This document shows, one piece after another, positions 45,548 to 58,102 of a DNA stretch of 64,000 nucleotides. This DNA comes from Rhodosorus marinus CCMP1338 (Eukaryota; Plantae; Rhodophyta), in NCBI GenBank assembly GCA_029953675.1, contig JAMWBK010000003.1, positions 496,001-560,000 of the forward strand. Direction: 5' to 3'. Each line of letters opens with the position of its first letter. Position 1 is the stretch's first letter. The notes below the pieces were generated by a model. It did not search any database. It was not told where the DNA came from and saw nothing but the letters and a program-made list of their open reading frames with translations. The translations under genes and the position numbers were made by a program.

Positions 45548-48500
45548 ATGGTAGCTGTGAACGGGAGTGTCATCCCGTTTGTGTCAAGACGTCACGCAGG
45601 ACTTGGTGGATGTGAACAGCTGCTACTAGTCACGCTTCTGATTGTCTGCGCGCTTTCTGAGAGGCTCCTGGTGGAGCTTTCAGACTACAGCCTTGGCTGG
45701 GAGCATGCCAAATACGTTCGAAGTGGCTTGTTCGACGTCCGGATTGTCTGCGTGGAGCCCAGTGCATTTGGGCTTTGGTCTGACCACATCGTTGTCATGG
45801 TCGCTGAGAGCGATGCGGAGCATGTGAAGAAGAACCTGTTATCTCTTGACAGAATAGAGAGAGTCGAGGAGGACAGGCCTGTGTCGACAAGAAGACTGCA
45901 ATCGAGGCCACAGAAGAGCTTCAGCAGACCGCCATCTGATGCGGAGTTTTACAATGTTACCGCGCTCCACAAACAAGGGTGAGATTGCAACACAGATTTC
46001 CTTCATGAAGAGGAGGGCAGCATGATTGATTTAGGAGTCTATTGGACTGGACTGTGCTTAAGGTACCGAGGACAGAATGTCCGAGTGGCGATCTTCGATA
46101 CGGGCATTTCAGCTGGTTATCAGCCATTTTTCAATCACCCAGTACAGCTGACGGACTGGACCCATGACGAATCTCCTTATGACTCTGTTGGACACGGCAC
46201 ATTCATTGCCGGCCTTGTCGCTGGCAAGGTCAGGGGTTGCCCAGGCCTGGCTCCTGACGCGGAGATCCTCACCTTTCGAGTTTTCACAGGTTCTCAAACG
46301 TCCTACACGAGTTGGTTCCTAGACGCCTTCAACTATGCCATGCAAACCGGAGTAGATATCATCAGCCTCTCCATTGGTGGCCCAGATCACTTTGACCAGC
46401 CGTTCACGGACAAGGTCAATGAAGTCACAGCTGCTGGAATCATCTTCGTGTCCGCGATTGGCAACGATGGTCTTTTCGGATCAGTGAACAATCCCGCAGA
46501 CATGATGGATGTCGTAGGCATTGGAGGGCTTGAAAGAAACACCAACATCGCTTCGTTTTCGTCAAGAGGAATGACAACTTCTGAGCTCCGCCTTCCGATT
46601 CCTAGTTACGGAAGAGTCAAGCCTGACATTGTGACTATCGCAAGAGAGCTACGCGGTCCTGGGCTGGGCTTTAGGAGATGCATCAGTCTTTCTGGGTGAG
46701 ATTCCAGACGTTCACGGAATCTTGATTACGTCATACTACAGGAAAATCCGATTGGTTTACTGAGATAGCGCTTCCTTGCGCTGTTACAGAACCTCTGTCG
46801 CCACGCCAATTGTCACCGGTAGCATTGCGCTGCTGCTTTCAGCCATTCCAGAAGAAAGACGTCGAACGGTGGTCAGCCCGGCGGCGGTTAAGCGTGCTCT
46901 TATTCGGGTAAGCACTGCGATGTGAAGCAACCCCCGATCACGATTGTGGAATTGAGTCGCCCACCATATGGTTTGTTTTCTTCTCCATCCGTATGTCCTT
47001 TAGGGATCAAAGAGAATACTCGATTCTTCGATATACGAGCAAGGAGCTGGATTCCTGGACGTGCAAGCCTCGCTGGACGAGATGCTCGCCATTGACGCAG
47101 AGTATATGAATAACGAGAGATACGAGATGCAGTTGCAACTCTTGCCGTTCTACCTCGATTTTACAGCAGGTAAGGTTAATGTCAGGACAGCTCAAGCCAA
47201 CCCGTTGGTGATTCCAAAAGCGATCTTCCCACCTGATCGAAGTACTCTTTCGCCAGAGGACTGCCCATACATGTGGCCCTTCTGTAAACAGCCGTTCTAT
47301 GCGACCATGCAGCCCGTGAGCGTGAACGTGACCATCCTGAATCCAAACTCAGCTTTGTCAGAAGTCAGGGAGGTCCTGTGGGTTCCAAGTGAGTTGCCAA
47401 AACCGCCTTACACCTATGCCGAGAGCACGCACTGTAATGCATGCCCCGAGCTTATTCCTCTCGGCCTTCTCGACATTGACTAGGTCACGGAGAAGATGTT
47501 CTGCTTATGCACTACACCCTGCCGCCGAGGTTCTGGCCATGGGCCGGTGGCTTGGGACTTCACATAAGTGTTAAACCTGAATCCGATGGGTTTAAGGGCA
47601 AAGTGTCGGGGCTCTTAAACATCACTGTGAGGTCTATCCCGAGCGGGCTTGTTTCAAGAGCGAGTCTACCTGTAAGGCTAGAGGTTCGGAGCCCCCCTGC
47701 GAGAGAAAAGTATGTCCCATTAACGCCCTGGATATCCTGTTGCGCGGCTGATGTCTATCGAGCGATAGGGTCCTGAGTCGCTAAGCTTCTTACTGACACA
47801 GGAGAATTCTCTGGGACATCTCGCACAATCTCGCCTATCCTCCCGGTTTCATTCCGAAAGACAACTTGGATAGTAAGGATCCTCTGGATTGGCTCGGAGA
47901 CCATCCGCACACAAACTTTCACGGTTTCCATGACGCGCTTGTACAGAACGGATACTTTGTAGAGGTGGTTATCTCGCTTTCCTCGGACTGCATACCTTTG
48001 CAAAGGAGGGTTGTAGAAGCTCAGATTCGGGGAGCTGAAATGTCGTGCGTTGTTCTTGCCTCTATGTGCATTTTCGGAAGATTTGGGACAAGCCGTTCAC
48101 CTGCTTCACGACAGTGACCATTGAAGAGTATTCCACGTTGCTCATCATTGATCCGGAAGACGACTTCTCCTCGGCGGAGAGCGAAGAGTTGGAGAGCGCT
48201 GTTCGGGAGGGCCACGTGGTAGCTGTCATCGTGGCTGAATGGTACAACCTCAAGAGAATTGATGATCTCGCTTTTGAGGAGGGGAACACGAGAGCATTTT
48301 GGAAGGCGGTAGGAGGTGGAGCAAATGTTCCGGCTATAAACAAGATCCTTAAACCCTTCGGCATCGCGTTTGGAGATAGGACCTATTCAGGTTTGTCAAA
48401 TTCACTTTTTGGTCTTTGATTGGAGGGGCCAAAGTTCTGGCTTTTTTCTAACTGCCCTGATCTCTGCTGTAGGCTTTCTGCCCATTGGAGGCCAACGGGT

Positions 48501-49257
48501 ACCGTACAAGAGCGGAACATCGATAACAAAGTTCCCAGAGGATGGGTTTGTGCTTGTAGGAAATGACTTCCGCCAGGTCGATCTTGCTCCGGAATCGGGA
48601 ATACCGGTCTTCGGAATGTCAAAGGCTGGAAATGAAGGTGGCCTAATCGTTTTCGGGGATTCAACGTGCCTCGACACCGAGACCCCAGGCGTGAGGTGCT
48701 ATGACTTCTTCATCAAGGCGATAGGAACGCTGACTAGAGCCGTCGTGGACCACAATGATATCAACCTTGCTGACTTGGGAGAGACAGGAATGATGGCGCG
48801 AGTTGACGCAAATTTGAAATCCGCTCGACACGTTCAGTTCCCAGGTGGGGATTTGTTCGAGATCCCGGTTGAACTGAAAAGGCTCATGGAGCCTCACCTT
48901 GCGGAGAATCGGAAGCGGAAAAGTTGTGAGGCCGTTCGAGAAACTCCCCTGGCGAACTCGGAGCTTTTCGTTGACCAGAACGATATCGTTTTCCCGAGAA
49001 TTGCTCCAGCACTACTGCCCGCACAGCAACTGGCAGCTCTTTCGTCAGGCATGGGTATAATTTCATTTATCAAAACCTTTGGCGCTATCCTAGTGCTCGC
49101 GTTCTGTGCTCTTGCAATTTCACTGCTGCAGAAAAAGCGGAACAGGGATACTCAAAGCATCACGGCGAACAGGAGCTTCTCTCTGAGGCTTGCAAAAGCG
49201 TTTAGGAACCTCACCCAAAGCCTATTGGGAAGGAACCGAGTGTGGAGTGAGCCGTAA
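45548..49257 (+). CDS. MBTPS1: Site-1 protease (SKI-1/S1P, subtilase SBT6.1-like), multi-exon, C-terminal TM helix
   Basis: Catalytic motifs VAIFDTG and GHGTFIAG, with [11 protein letters not shown] formed across an intron. S1P-specific segments [57 protein letters not shown]...[44 protein letters not shown] helix near the end. Confidence 0.94.
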
Positions 49258-49421
49258 AAGCCAGAGTGCGGTGGATGTTGATCCATTCTGAGCAAAACCG
49301 AAGGTGTCCACGGCGAGTTGTAGGCGAGTGTACTGTTTAAAAGGCATCTATTTAATAGGAGATTAAATGGCATCTCAGGAACCAAGAGAAACAGTTTCAC
49401 AAAACATCAAGCGGCTCCATC

Positions 49422-52400
49422 TCACAAGTAGGATGAGCTGTTCAGTACGAATCCGATCTCCCCACGAGGAGGAAGTTCTTGGACTTGGGAAGTGGTATGA
49501 GCTCCTTCAAACTCTCGTCGTCTGGAACCGACGTCTTTGACTCTGTTAGCGGTTGAAAGAGCAGGTTTCTCAATTTCAGATGCACACGACCTCAGCCAGA
49601 CGAGAGGGTTCGCAAGGCGCTTACCGATGATCTGCCTCGCTTCTTGCAACGCTTCTCGAGGCATATTCAAAAGTAGCGCACCGACTACTCTCTGATCCTT
49701 CATGTACCTGCGTCATATGAACCCAAGAAGAATTGGTTAGCTCAGGATCATTCGATAACCGCCAGAGCTCGCTTTCGAAATCTACTCATACCACACGATC
49801 CCACTTTCGTACTTGTTGCGGGAGAACGAGCCAGGTCTATTCTCAAACCTTGAAGGCTCCTTGAGATTCCAAACGCCAACGGTTTCCAGCTTTGAACTCT
49901 GCAGTCCGACTGCTTCGAAATGAACATCGATCGCGCTCAGGTCGCACCAGTACATAGACTGGAATCCGTACATCGACCTAAAAGAAAAAGGAGTCCGAGT
50001 CAACAGCATAATTCCGCGTTCGACTGATCAGACAGCACATGGCTTGATTATCCTTGGCGCACTTCCCGCCAGCCATATTGTCCCCTGCGATTCTCCCCGA
50101 AACCAGAGCGTGGTCCTAATGCAAACCAGAGGGCAAGACACTCGTCAGAGAAACGGACGCGCTTTGGTCTGTCCCAGCCCAAGAGCAGGTAATAAAGGGC
50201 TTGCTTTTGACTTGTCATCAGGAAAAAATTAGAGTATATGTTTCAACCTCCAGTGTTGAAATGTCAGGTAGAACAATAGAAAACTTTCATCACAGACAGA
50301 ACAACGATGGAACATGTCCATCAAAGCGGGTTCATGGGGCAGTTGTACTATTCAGGTCTGGAAGAGCTTGGTTGTGCCTTACCCAATGCTCTACGCGCCG
50401 GCGACCAAGCGCGGAATCCCAAAAGCTCGCGACATCGCCAGCAGCGAACACTCCGTTTGCTGCTTGGAGTTCGGCGTTCACCTGTAGTGCGGGGGTTCAG
50501 GCTCTCGTCTGAGGACTGGGTCGTACTAGTTACGGTAACGAAGTAAGATCAATAAGTGGCTACTCACCACGACGCCACCGTTGATCTGATCAACTTCCAG
50601 ACCAGCATCCTCAGCCAGCTTGTCCTGTGGTTGAATTCCAACGGCAACTACGACAGCGTCTGTTTGCAAGCTCTTCTTCGTGAAGCTCACGACATCCAGT
50701 TCAATAGAATCGCTCTAGAACCCAAAGCAACACGAGCAGAGTTGACTTTAGCAGGGCAAAGAATAGTTGAAGAATTTCGATGCTTTGTGATTGGACAGAA
50801 TTCCTACATTCTCCGGAGATTCCCTCGCGCCCGTCACGATCGAGCTCGGCATGACCTTTACACCAGCCGACGCAAGCTTGTACGTCAAGAACTCGCTCAA
50901 GTACCTCGGAATCAACTTGAAGAGCTACAAAATCCACACGGAGAACGAGAACTAAGAAGACCATCGAAGCCTTGGAGACTAGCTCAAGGGGAGGGTGGAA
51001 GAATTGTCGTCAGGGCTCACCGGTCCAGGTTCAGGGAACATCAGCGTCACCTGGACATCATTCAACTTTGCAATTCTCTTCAATGAGCAGGCAAGCTCGG
51101 CTCCTAGAAATCCTCCACCAACTATACACACGTTTTTCGTCTTCGGATCTCTAAGGGAGACAGAGCCGAACAGAACGTTGTGAGAACTCTGGGAACTTAG
51201 GCGACGGGTAGGCAATCAGCAGCAGGTCTAGATTTCGAAAAAAACACACCTTACAAGCTTATCGAGAGCTATGAAGTCGTCAATAGTTCTGAACGACATG
51301 ACGCGATTTTGTAACGCATCGTTTCCGAGGTCCTGATGTACGGACTCGACCGGATGTGCCTTTCCACCGGTAGCTATAAGAAGACTCTGATACTCAACGA
51401 CTTTACCGTCCTCGGTCTCGATTGATGAGTTCTCCAGGTCGAGTTTCTTCACTCTAGAGTTGAGCAGAATGGAGGATCGCTGGTGCTCTCCGACTTGCTT
51501 AGAATAGCTGTACAAAAGGCTCCGTTTTCGTCCCATGAAGTCTACGAAGCTTAGATTGTCGTCCTGAAGAACAAGATTGGGTGTTTCTTGCCACGTTCAG
51601 AACAAATGAAATTGTGCTTGAAGCGATTGTGCTGCTGTGAACAGACGTCGGAGCTCCAACGTTCTTTGGACAACGGCGTCCTGTTATAGGGAGGGTAGGA
51701 CTCGTCGGAGATGATCAAAACCGATGCGCTTTTGTCCTTCTCGTGGATGGCCTGGACCGCACTCCATGCAGTTGTTCCGCCGCCAATGATCACGTACGGC
51801 ACGCAGACAGGAGAGGAAGCCTCTGAAAAGTTTCCGAAGGCCGCGTCCGCTGTTAAGTACTGAGGCAGCTCCTTTTTCGGGACTACATTGGGCTCATCAG
51901 CAGGCGCTCCTTCAGTGGTATTCGGCTTTGCAGCTGGTTTCTCGGGTGCGGGTGCAGAGAGGCCTGAGCGAGAGTATATATGCGTATGTAGCTGAGATCC
52001 TCAATTGCCGGCGGTGACCCATTGGGTGTGAATAACATACCCTTCCTGTTCATGCTTTCATAGTAATCGTTCAGGATGTGTCGGGCTTGGTATCGGTAGT
52101 ACTTCTCAACCGCGGCCTTTGCATTGCTAACGAAGCGGTAAAGCAAAACGAAAAGATACGTTACCACGTCGAAAGAAGAAATTCGCAAATCGTTGCTAGC
52201 TGCCAAAGCAAGTATGTCAGATAAAAACCAGCGCCGCTGCCTCACCTCAGACTATCCTCAATTTTCTGCAGCTCCGATGCCACAGAGCTGGAGCTCTCCG
52301 CACTCGACTCCTTCACAACCGAATCATCTTTCAGCGACTCTTGATATCTCTTCAACACCTCCAACGCAGCTCGCCTATCCACATCCGAACCCTCGTCGCA

Positions 52401-52520
52401 TAGAGCAGCAGTCAGTCCTCCACTCTGTCCACCCCCTTTCAACGCCCAAAGCGATCCACTCCCAACGATCCCAACCGGGATCAGCCGTAGCGATCTTAAA
52501 CACTCCTTCCATCCACTCAT
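49422..52520 (-). CDS. AIFM1: Apoptosis-inducing factor (AIFM1-like) FAD/NADH oxidoreductase, multi-exon
   Basis: Motifs [10 protein letters not shown]...[58 protein letters not shown]...FEAVG and [17 protein letters not shown]-terminal extension in exons 1-2. Confidence 0.87.
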
Positions 52521-53325
52521 CCTTTATCCCCTCAGTTCAGAAAATGTATTCCATTTCCTCCAAACAAAACACAAAATCCAAAACTCTCCCCAGGGACTTC
52601 ACAAAGCCCTTACTCCAATCTCCTAGCAAACCCCTCTCTCCAAACTCCCTCTCAAACTCCACTGCCCCGATCGCCTGCAGTTTTTCCTTTCTTCTCAAAA
52701 AAAGGGCGTATCCTCAGCACCGACCGTTGACATCCAAATCTATGCTTGAACCTCCACAAAACAAGGCATGGGTGCACATAAAACAAAAAATAACATAAAG
52801 ATATGTTCCAAATATAGATATATTTTGCTTCTAGTTAGGAGATGTTTTGAGTACTTTTTGTAAATATCGATCTTTTTTTTTGGATGAGTATTCGTTTTTA
52901 GTCGTTCTTTAAGGGAATTGGTGCTGTAGTTTGGAATGGAGTTGTTCTAAATAAAGAAAAGAATTAAGGAACAAACCGTGATTATTGGGTTAAACGCTTC
53001 CGCTTTGGGTCGTCAGAGGCCCGGCTTTGGGTCTTGAGGCGACCTTTGAGTACAAGGTTCCGTGATCCCAGGACAGATCCTTGTATGTGTCTTCTCTGAC
53101 GTGTAATCACTGCTTCGCAACTCAATATACTTGGCAGCGAGGAGAGAACGCAGACGGAAACTTGCCCTGGAGTGGTTCGATCTGGTCTACTCGTTGCCCT
53201 TTCACGATGAGAATGGATAACTCCTTAGCGGAAAAGCTGGTATCCAACAGCTGGTATGCTGGAACTCGAACGCCGCGGTCCTAGTAGAACCAATTCAGGC
53301 AAACACAGCGCTGTGGAAGGTAGCA

Positions 53326-54960
53326 TCATTCGCTCGCGGATTCTCTGGAGGAGCCGTTCGTTGCCTCGTGGACAGCCGCTGCCCATGAGGGAAGCTTTGA
53401 CTTGTACCTCCAGCCTTCCCCAGCGTACTCTTCAGCGTGAAGGTAGATGATCGTAGGATCATGAACCTTTTCCTTTGCTGTCACTGCTGGACATGTTTTA
53501 CATTCCAGAGTCCGACCTGTGGAAGCCGAAGCAAGTGTTCAGTATGTCAATCGGTGAAGCACAGTTCCCGAGAGGAGGTTTGCCCAGGACACGCCTCGAC
53601 CTTCGGCAAGTATCGCTTCACTCATAGATTCGTCGAGGCTAGGCAGTTGAAGCTTCGCCGAGTCGTTAGCCTCTTCGCTGCCTATGGATTTCAGCTTCTC
53701 GCAATAAACTGGGTCGTTGCATATGGGGTAACCCAGGGCTTTCAAATGAACTCTGATCTGGTGCGTTCTCCCGGTTTTCGGAAAGCACCGAACAAGCGAT
53801 ACATCGTGATCCGAGGAGTAAGCCACGACCTCAAAACGCTATTGTAAAGCAGAGCAAACTCATGGACAGAGTCAAAATCCTCCTGAACGTCGTTGGGAGT
53901 CCACGAAAAGCTATCAGCCAAGCTAATCTGCCTCACCGTTTCCGTATCCTTGCCGTGTGGGTCGACTCGAGCGATCTGCTCCCGCACATCGAAGCTCAGT
54001 TTATCCTCACAAGATGTCAGGGATCTCGGAAAGTCGCCAGATACGAGTGCAACGTACGTTTTCGCCACCTTGCGCTCCTCAATCTGCTTACATAACCGTG
54101 TCGCGACCTCCTAAATCCGTCGAAACGAGGGTTTTCTGATGCTTAAGAGCCTCGCCATGATCATGAGGCACTGTCACTGCTTTAGGAGGAGATCCCCACC
54201 TTCGTTTTCGCGAAGATTACCAAGCCAGAAGTGTGCTTATCCAGTCGATGGACAGTTCGCAATCCAGTTAAACCAAGTTTCAGCGCAGTCAGATACGTCA
54301 ACGCATTGCGTCTATATGATCCGCAAGGATGGACTGGAATCGATGGCGGTTTGCTAACGACTAGCAAGCTATCGTCCTCATACACCTACTCGTTCCGACG
54401 GAGTAGCGGGAATAGTTTGTGAACTCCCCGCTCAAGTGAAACTATCGAGTGCAAGCTAGGATTCAATTACCTTGTCTATTTCGGCATCCAGAACCGCCGA
54501 TTCATGTCTGTGAATCCAGTGTGTCATCCATTCAGAACCGTCGAGGATATAGCCTGGTTCAACTCTCTCGTCTCTACAAAGAAGTCTCCCAGAGCTAATC
54601 TCCTCCCTCCAATACTTTTCCGGCTTGTAATGAAATTCTCTTGAGAACGTATCCAATACGCTTCTACCTAAACATTGCGACAGCGGTAGGTTCCGGGACC
54701 ATGACGTTTGTGCTTCCTCAGAACTGCGAACTGTTCAATCCCTCGGCGGTGGGTGGGGTCTTACCAATCCATCTTCTCTTGCAGTTCACTCTAAACGCAA
54801 AGACGTACGGAATCACATATCTAAACCCATCCTGTACATGATACCAGTCCTCACAGACGTCCTTCTCTTGTTGAGAGCTCTTGACGTATCTCTGAAATCG
54901 CTGATCGCCAGAACGACTCCGCTTCTGTCCTATCGATTCTGGCCTAGCGGGGGTCTCCAT
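53326..54960 (-). CDS. RluA-family RNA pseudouridine synthase (RPUSD2/Pus9-like), multi-exon
   Basis: Motifs [55 protein letters not shown] (catalytic Asp), [35 protein letters not shown] and IYLHAEEY...W.Y...LPSWA; stop at 53326. The start may lie further upstream. Confidence 0.92.
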
Positions 54961-56363
54961 TCATCTTCTTTCACAGGGACACAGGGAGCGAAACTGATGA
55001 TCAAGTCTAATCCCCTCCACGCATCTCTTCAGAAGCCATCCGTAATCCAAATGTTCCCAGAATCAATCGCTCTGTCGGAACTTGACTCCGGCCTTCTTCC
55101 TCTTGACTGTTTTCCAAGTTTCCATTCTGGATTCTGGTCATATTACTACCCGAAAGTCTGGCTCGAACCGCTCGGGACAGTTTGCAAAAGTCTGGAAAAA
55201 ACTTGGAACGCAAGCCTCTCACTCTCTATCTTTCTGGCGCTTTGAATCAGATCCAGCATGTAGTCTTCAGTTCATGGGAAGAAGAAAAACAAGCAGAACT
55301 CGGCGTTTCCATTCCAGTCTCAAAGAAATGGAAGTCGGCTACGGTTCCGGAAGCAGGGAACTGTGAAATGCTCTATCGATTCAGAATGGATGCCGATACC
55401 CTGTTTTCTCGCATGTGCTCTGGGCTTCCCTCTAAATCACTAGCGTGGTCTTCTGTATTCTAATAACGAAAGTGTCGCCTCCTATTCAGGAACAGTTTCT
55501 TTCATCCTCCAGCTTTTCTTCGCATCAAGCTGAAAAGTCAGCGGGGGCGCTCGGTTCAGGACGAGTCGAAAACTCTTTTTTCCATCCTGTTGTTTGATCC
55601 TTCCTCCAAATCGCTACTGTGATCTTCTGTCTTCTAACGACAGGCCTTTCGCCTTGCTAAGAGATCTTCCCCTTTGCCTCACCCAGCTCGAGCTCCGGAT
55701 TGCATCTCATGCGATTTGATGAGCTTGAAGAGAAGCCGCCGACCTTTAGGACTGCAGAGAATGATATGAAAAATATTTTTTGTCTGGAGCTTTCAAGATC
55801 ATTCGATGAGAGTTATCTAGATATCCAATTCCACCTCCAGCTGCGTCAATGCAAGTTTGTCCCTCTGCCGAACCTATATGAACGTGGATGGCGACGGGTC
55901 GACGACGAAGTGGGTCGGGATGGTCTAGCAATCGGTTCCAGTTCAGGGTCATTGTTTCTAACACAATACGCAAACTACCAAACCCTAACAGAACCATGTA
56001 TGCTGTCCGCATTCGTTAAGAAGGAACCAAGACTGGGTACGAGCACTGTTTGGGGGATGCTTTCTAGTCCTCAACCTCAAGAAGCCCGCGAACAAAGGTT
56101 TAGATTCAGAAAAACACGCCTGGTGAAATGTTACAAAGGCGTTAGACCTTTATCCTGAAACCATTCTGAAAAGGTCCCCTGCCGTTCCTCTTCATCAATC
56201 TCGGAGCTTACTCCCCAACAATCTTTCGATCACGGTCGGTGAGGTGCTGACGATCTTCATGGGTTGCGAGATAGATCCGGTGCGACGGCGGTTGGCATTG
56301 GTGGTGGGTGAATCCTGTGCTAAGTGTAGTCTTAAATAGTAGATTCGCTGTGAACAAGAAGTC

Positions 56364-57970
56364 ATGGAGGCGTTTGTAAGTACTGGCAGTAGTATACTGA
56401 GGGGCCGAGGAGGTCGTCCTGGTATCTGTTTGAGCAGGCGACCATCCAGTCGAAGTTTAAGGGTAACGGTGCCGATGGCCACGGTTGCGTCCAACCCGAA
56501 TACGGAGTCGAAGTTTATCACCGAGGAGATAGCGAGCAAAGTGATCAGCGAGGTGGGCTCTCCGACGTTTGTGTACGACTTGAAGACTTTGCGCGAGCAG
56601 GCTGAGAAGGCTTTGGCTTTCAGGAACGCTTACGGACTTACCGTCCGATACGCGATGAAGGCGTGCCCGAACGCGGCTATTCTCAAAATTTTCAATGACA
56701 TGGGCCTGGCCTTCGACGCGAGCTCCGTTTACGAATGCCAGCGTCTTCTTCTAGCTGGAGTCCCTAGTATAAAGGTCTGCCTCTCATCGCAAGAGCTCGG
56801 AGATCAGTTCGTCGATCTGGTGAACAAGGGCGTAGAAATAAATTGCTGTTCGCTCAGTCAGATGAGAAAGTACGGACAGGCCTTTCCGAATACAGAAGTA
56901 GGAGTTCGTTTCAACCCTGGACTTGGATCCGGAGGAACTGGAAAGACCAACGTTGGCGGAACGTCTGCGAGCTTCGGAATCTGGCATGAACTTATGAACG
57001 ATGTCAAGTCTATCGCAGAGGAATATGGCCTGAAGATTGTTCGCATTCATACACACATCGGCTCCGGCTCTGATCCAGCGGTCTGGGCTAGGGTGGTCGG
57101 ACTGACGCTCAATCTTGCCAAGCAGCTCCCCGATGTCGCCACCGTGGACCTTGGCGGTGGGTACAAAGTGGGAAGAATGCCCGGCGAGGTGAGCACCGAC
57201 CTGGACATAATTAGTGCGCCAGTGAAGGAGGCCTTTGAACAGTTTGCCGAAGAGACGGGAAGGAAGCTACATCTCGAAATCGAGCCAGGCACTTTCCTAG
57301 TAGCCAACGCTGGGGCAATGCTGTGTACGGCTCAGGATATCGTAAGCCTAGCAGTAGTACAGGCGCATTTCGACTGCGTTTTTGGAGTCTCACCAGCACC
57401 TGCTCTACGCCTATTTTCTCTTCCTGTAAACTAGGTGACTACTGGAGCAGCCGGACACGACTTTATCAAACTGGACATTGGAATGACGGAGGTCTTGCGG
57501 CCATCTCTCTACGGCGCGGAGCATCCCATCACGGTTTTACCCAAGGATTCAAGAAAGGAAGTTGAAGACGCGAACTACGTCGTTGTCGGTCATTGTTGCG
57601 AATCCGGAGACCTTTTTACGCCTGCATCCGGCGACCCGGAGGTTGGATTTGTTGCTCCAGCTCACAACCTAGCCGCACCCGGTAGGATCAACCACTACCA
57701 ACATTTTCTGACCAGTTCGTCCCCTGTTTCCGTCCATGAAATCTTTAGACCATTACGGAGAGATTGATGAGCAAGGCACAGATTGGGGACTATGTCGTAA
57801 TGGATGGTGTCGGTGCCTACTGCGCATCCATGAGCGCCAAAAACTACAACTCGTTCCCTGAAGTTCCTGAAGTGCTTGTTGACGAATCGTCGCAGATCCA
57901 TGTCATTCGCAAGAAGCAGACGTTGGAGCAAATTCTTGAAAATGAAGTGCCGTTGCCAGACAGTTTCTGA
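56364..57970 (+). CDS. lysA: Diaminopimelate decarboxylase with transit peptide, 3 exons
   Basis: Motifs SPTFVYD, RYAMKA (PLP lysine), [26 protein letters not shown] and GAYC. N-terminus [17 protein letters not shown]... is transit-like. Two in-frame GT-AG introns. Confidence 0.96.
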
Positions 57971-58102
57971 GCCGGCCTGCTAGCTGCATCCCCCAATAGA
58001 TCCCCGCCCATTAGCTAACTCCTTCTCTTTCCCGCTGCTTGGAGAGCAAAACATAGCGCCCTGGGACCGGTTTCGAGTCCAGAGACTTCGTTTGTTCTCG
58101 TT

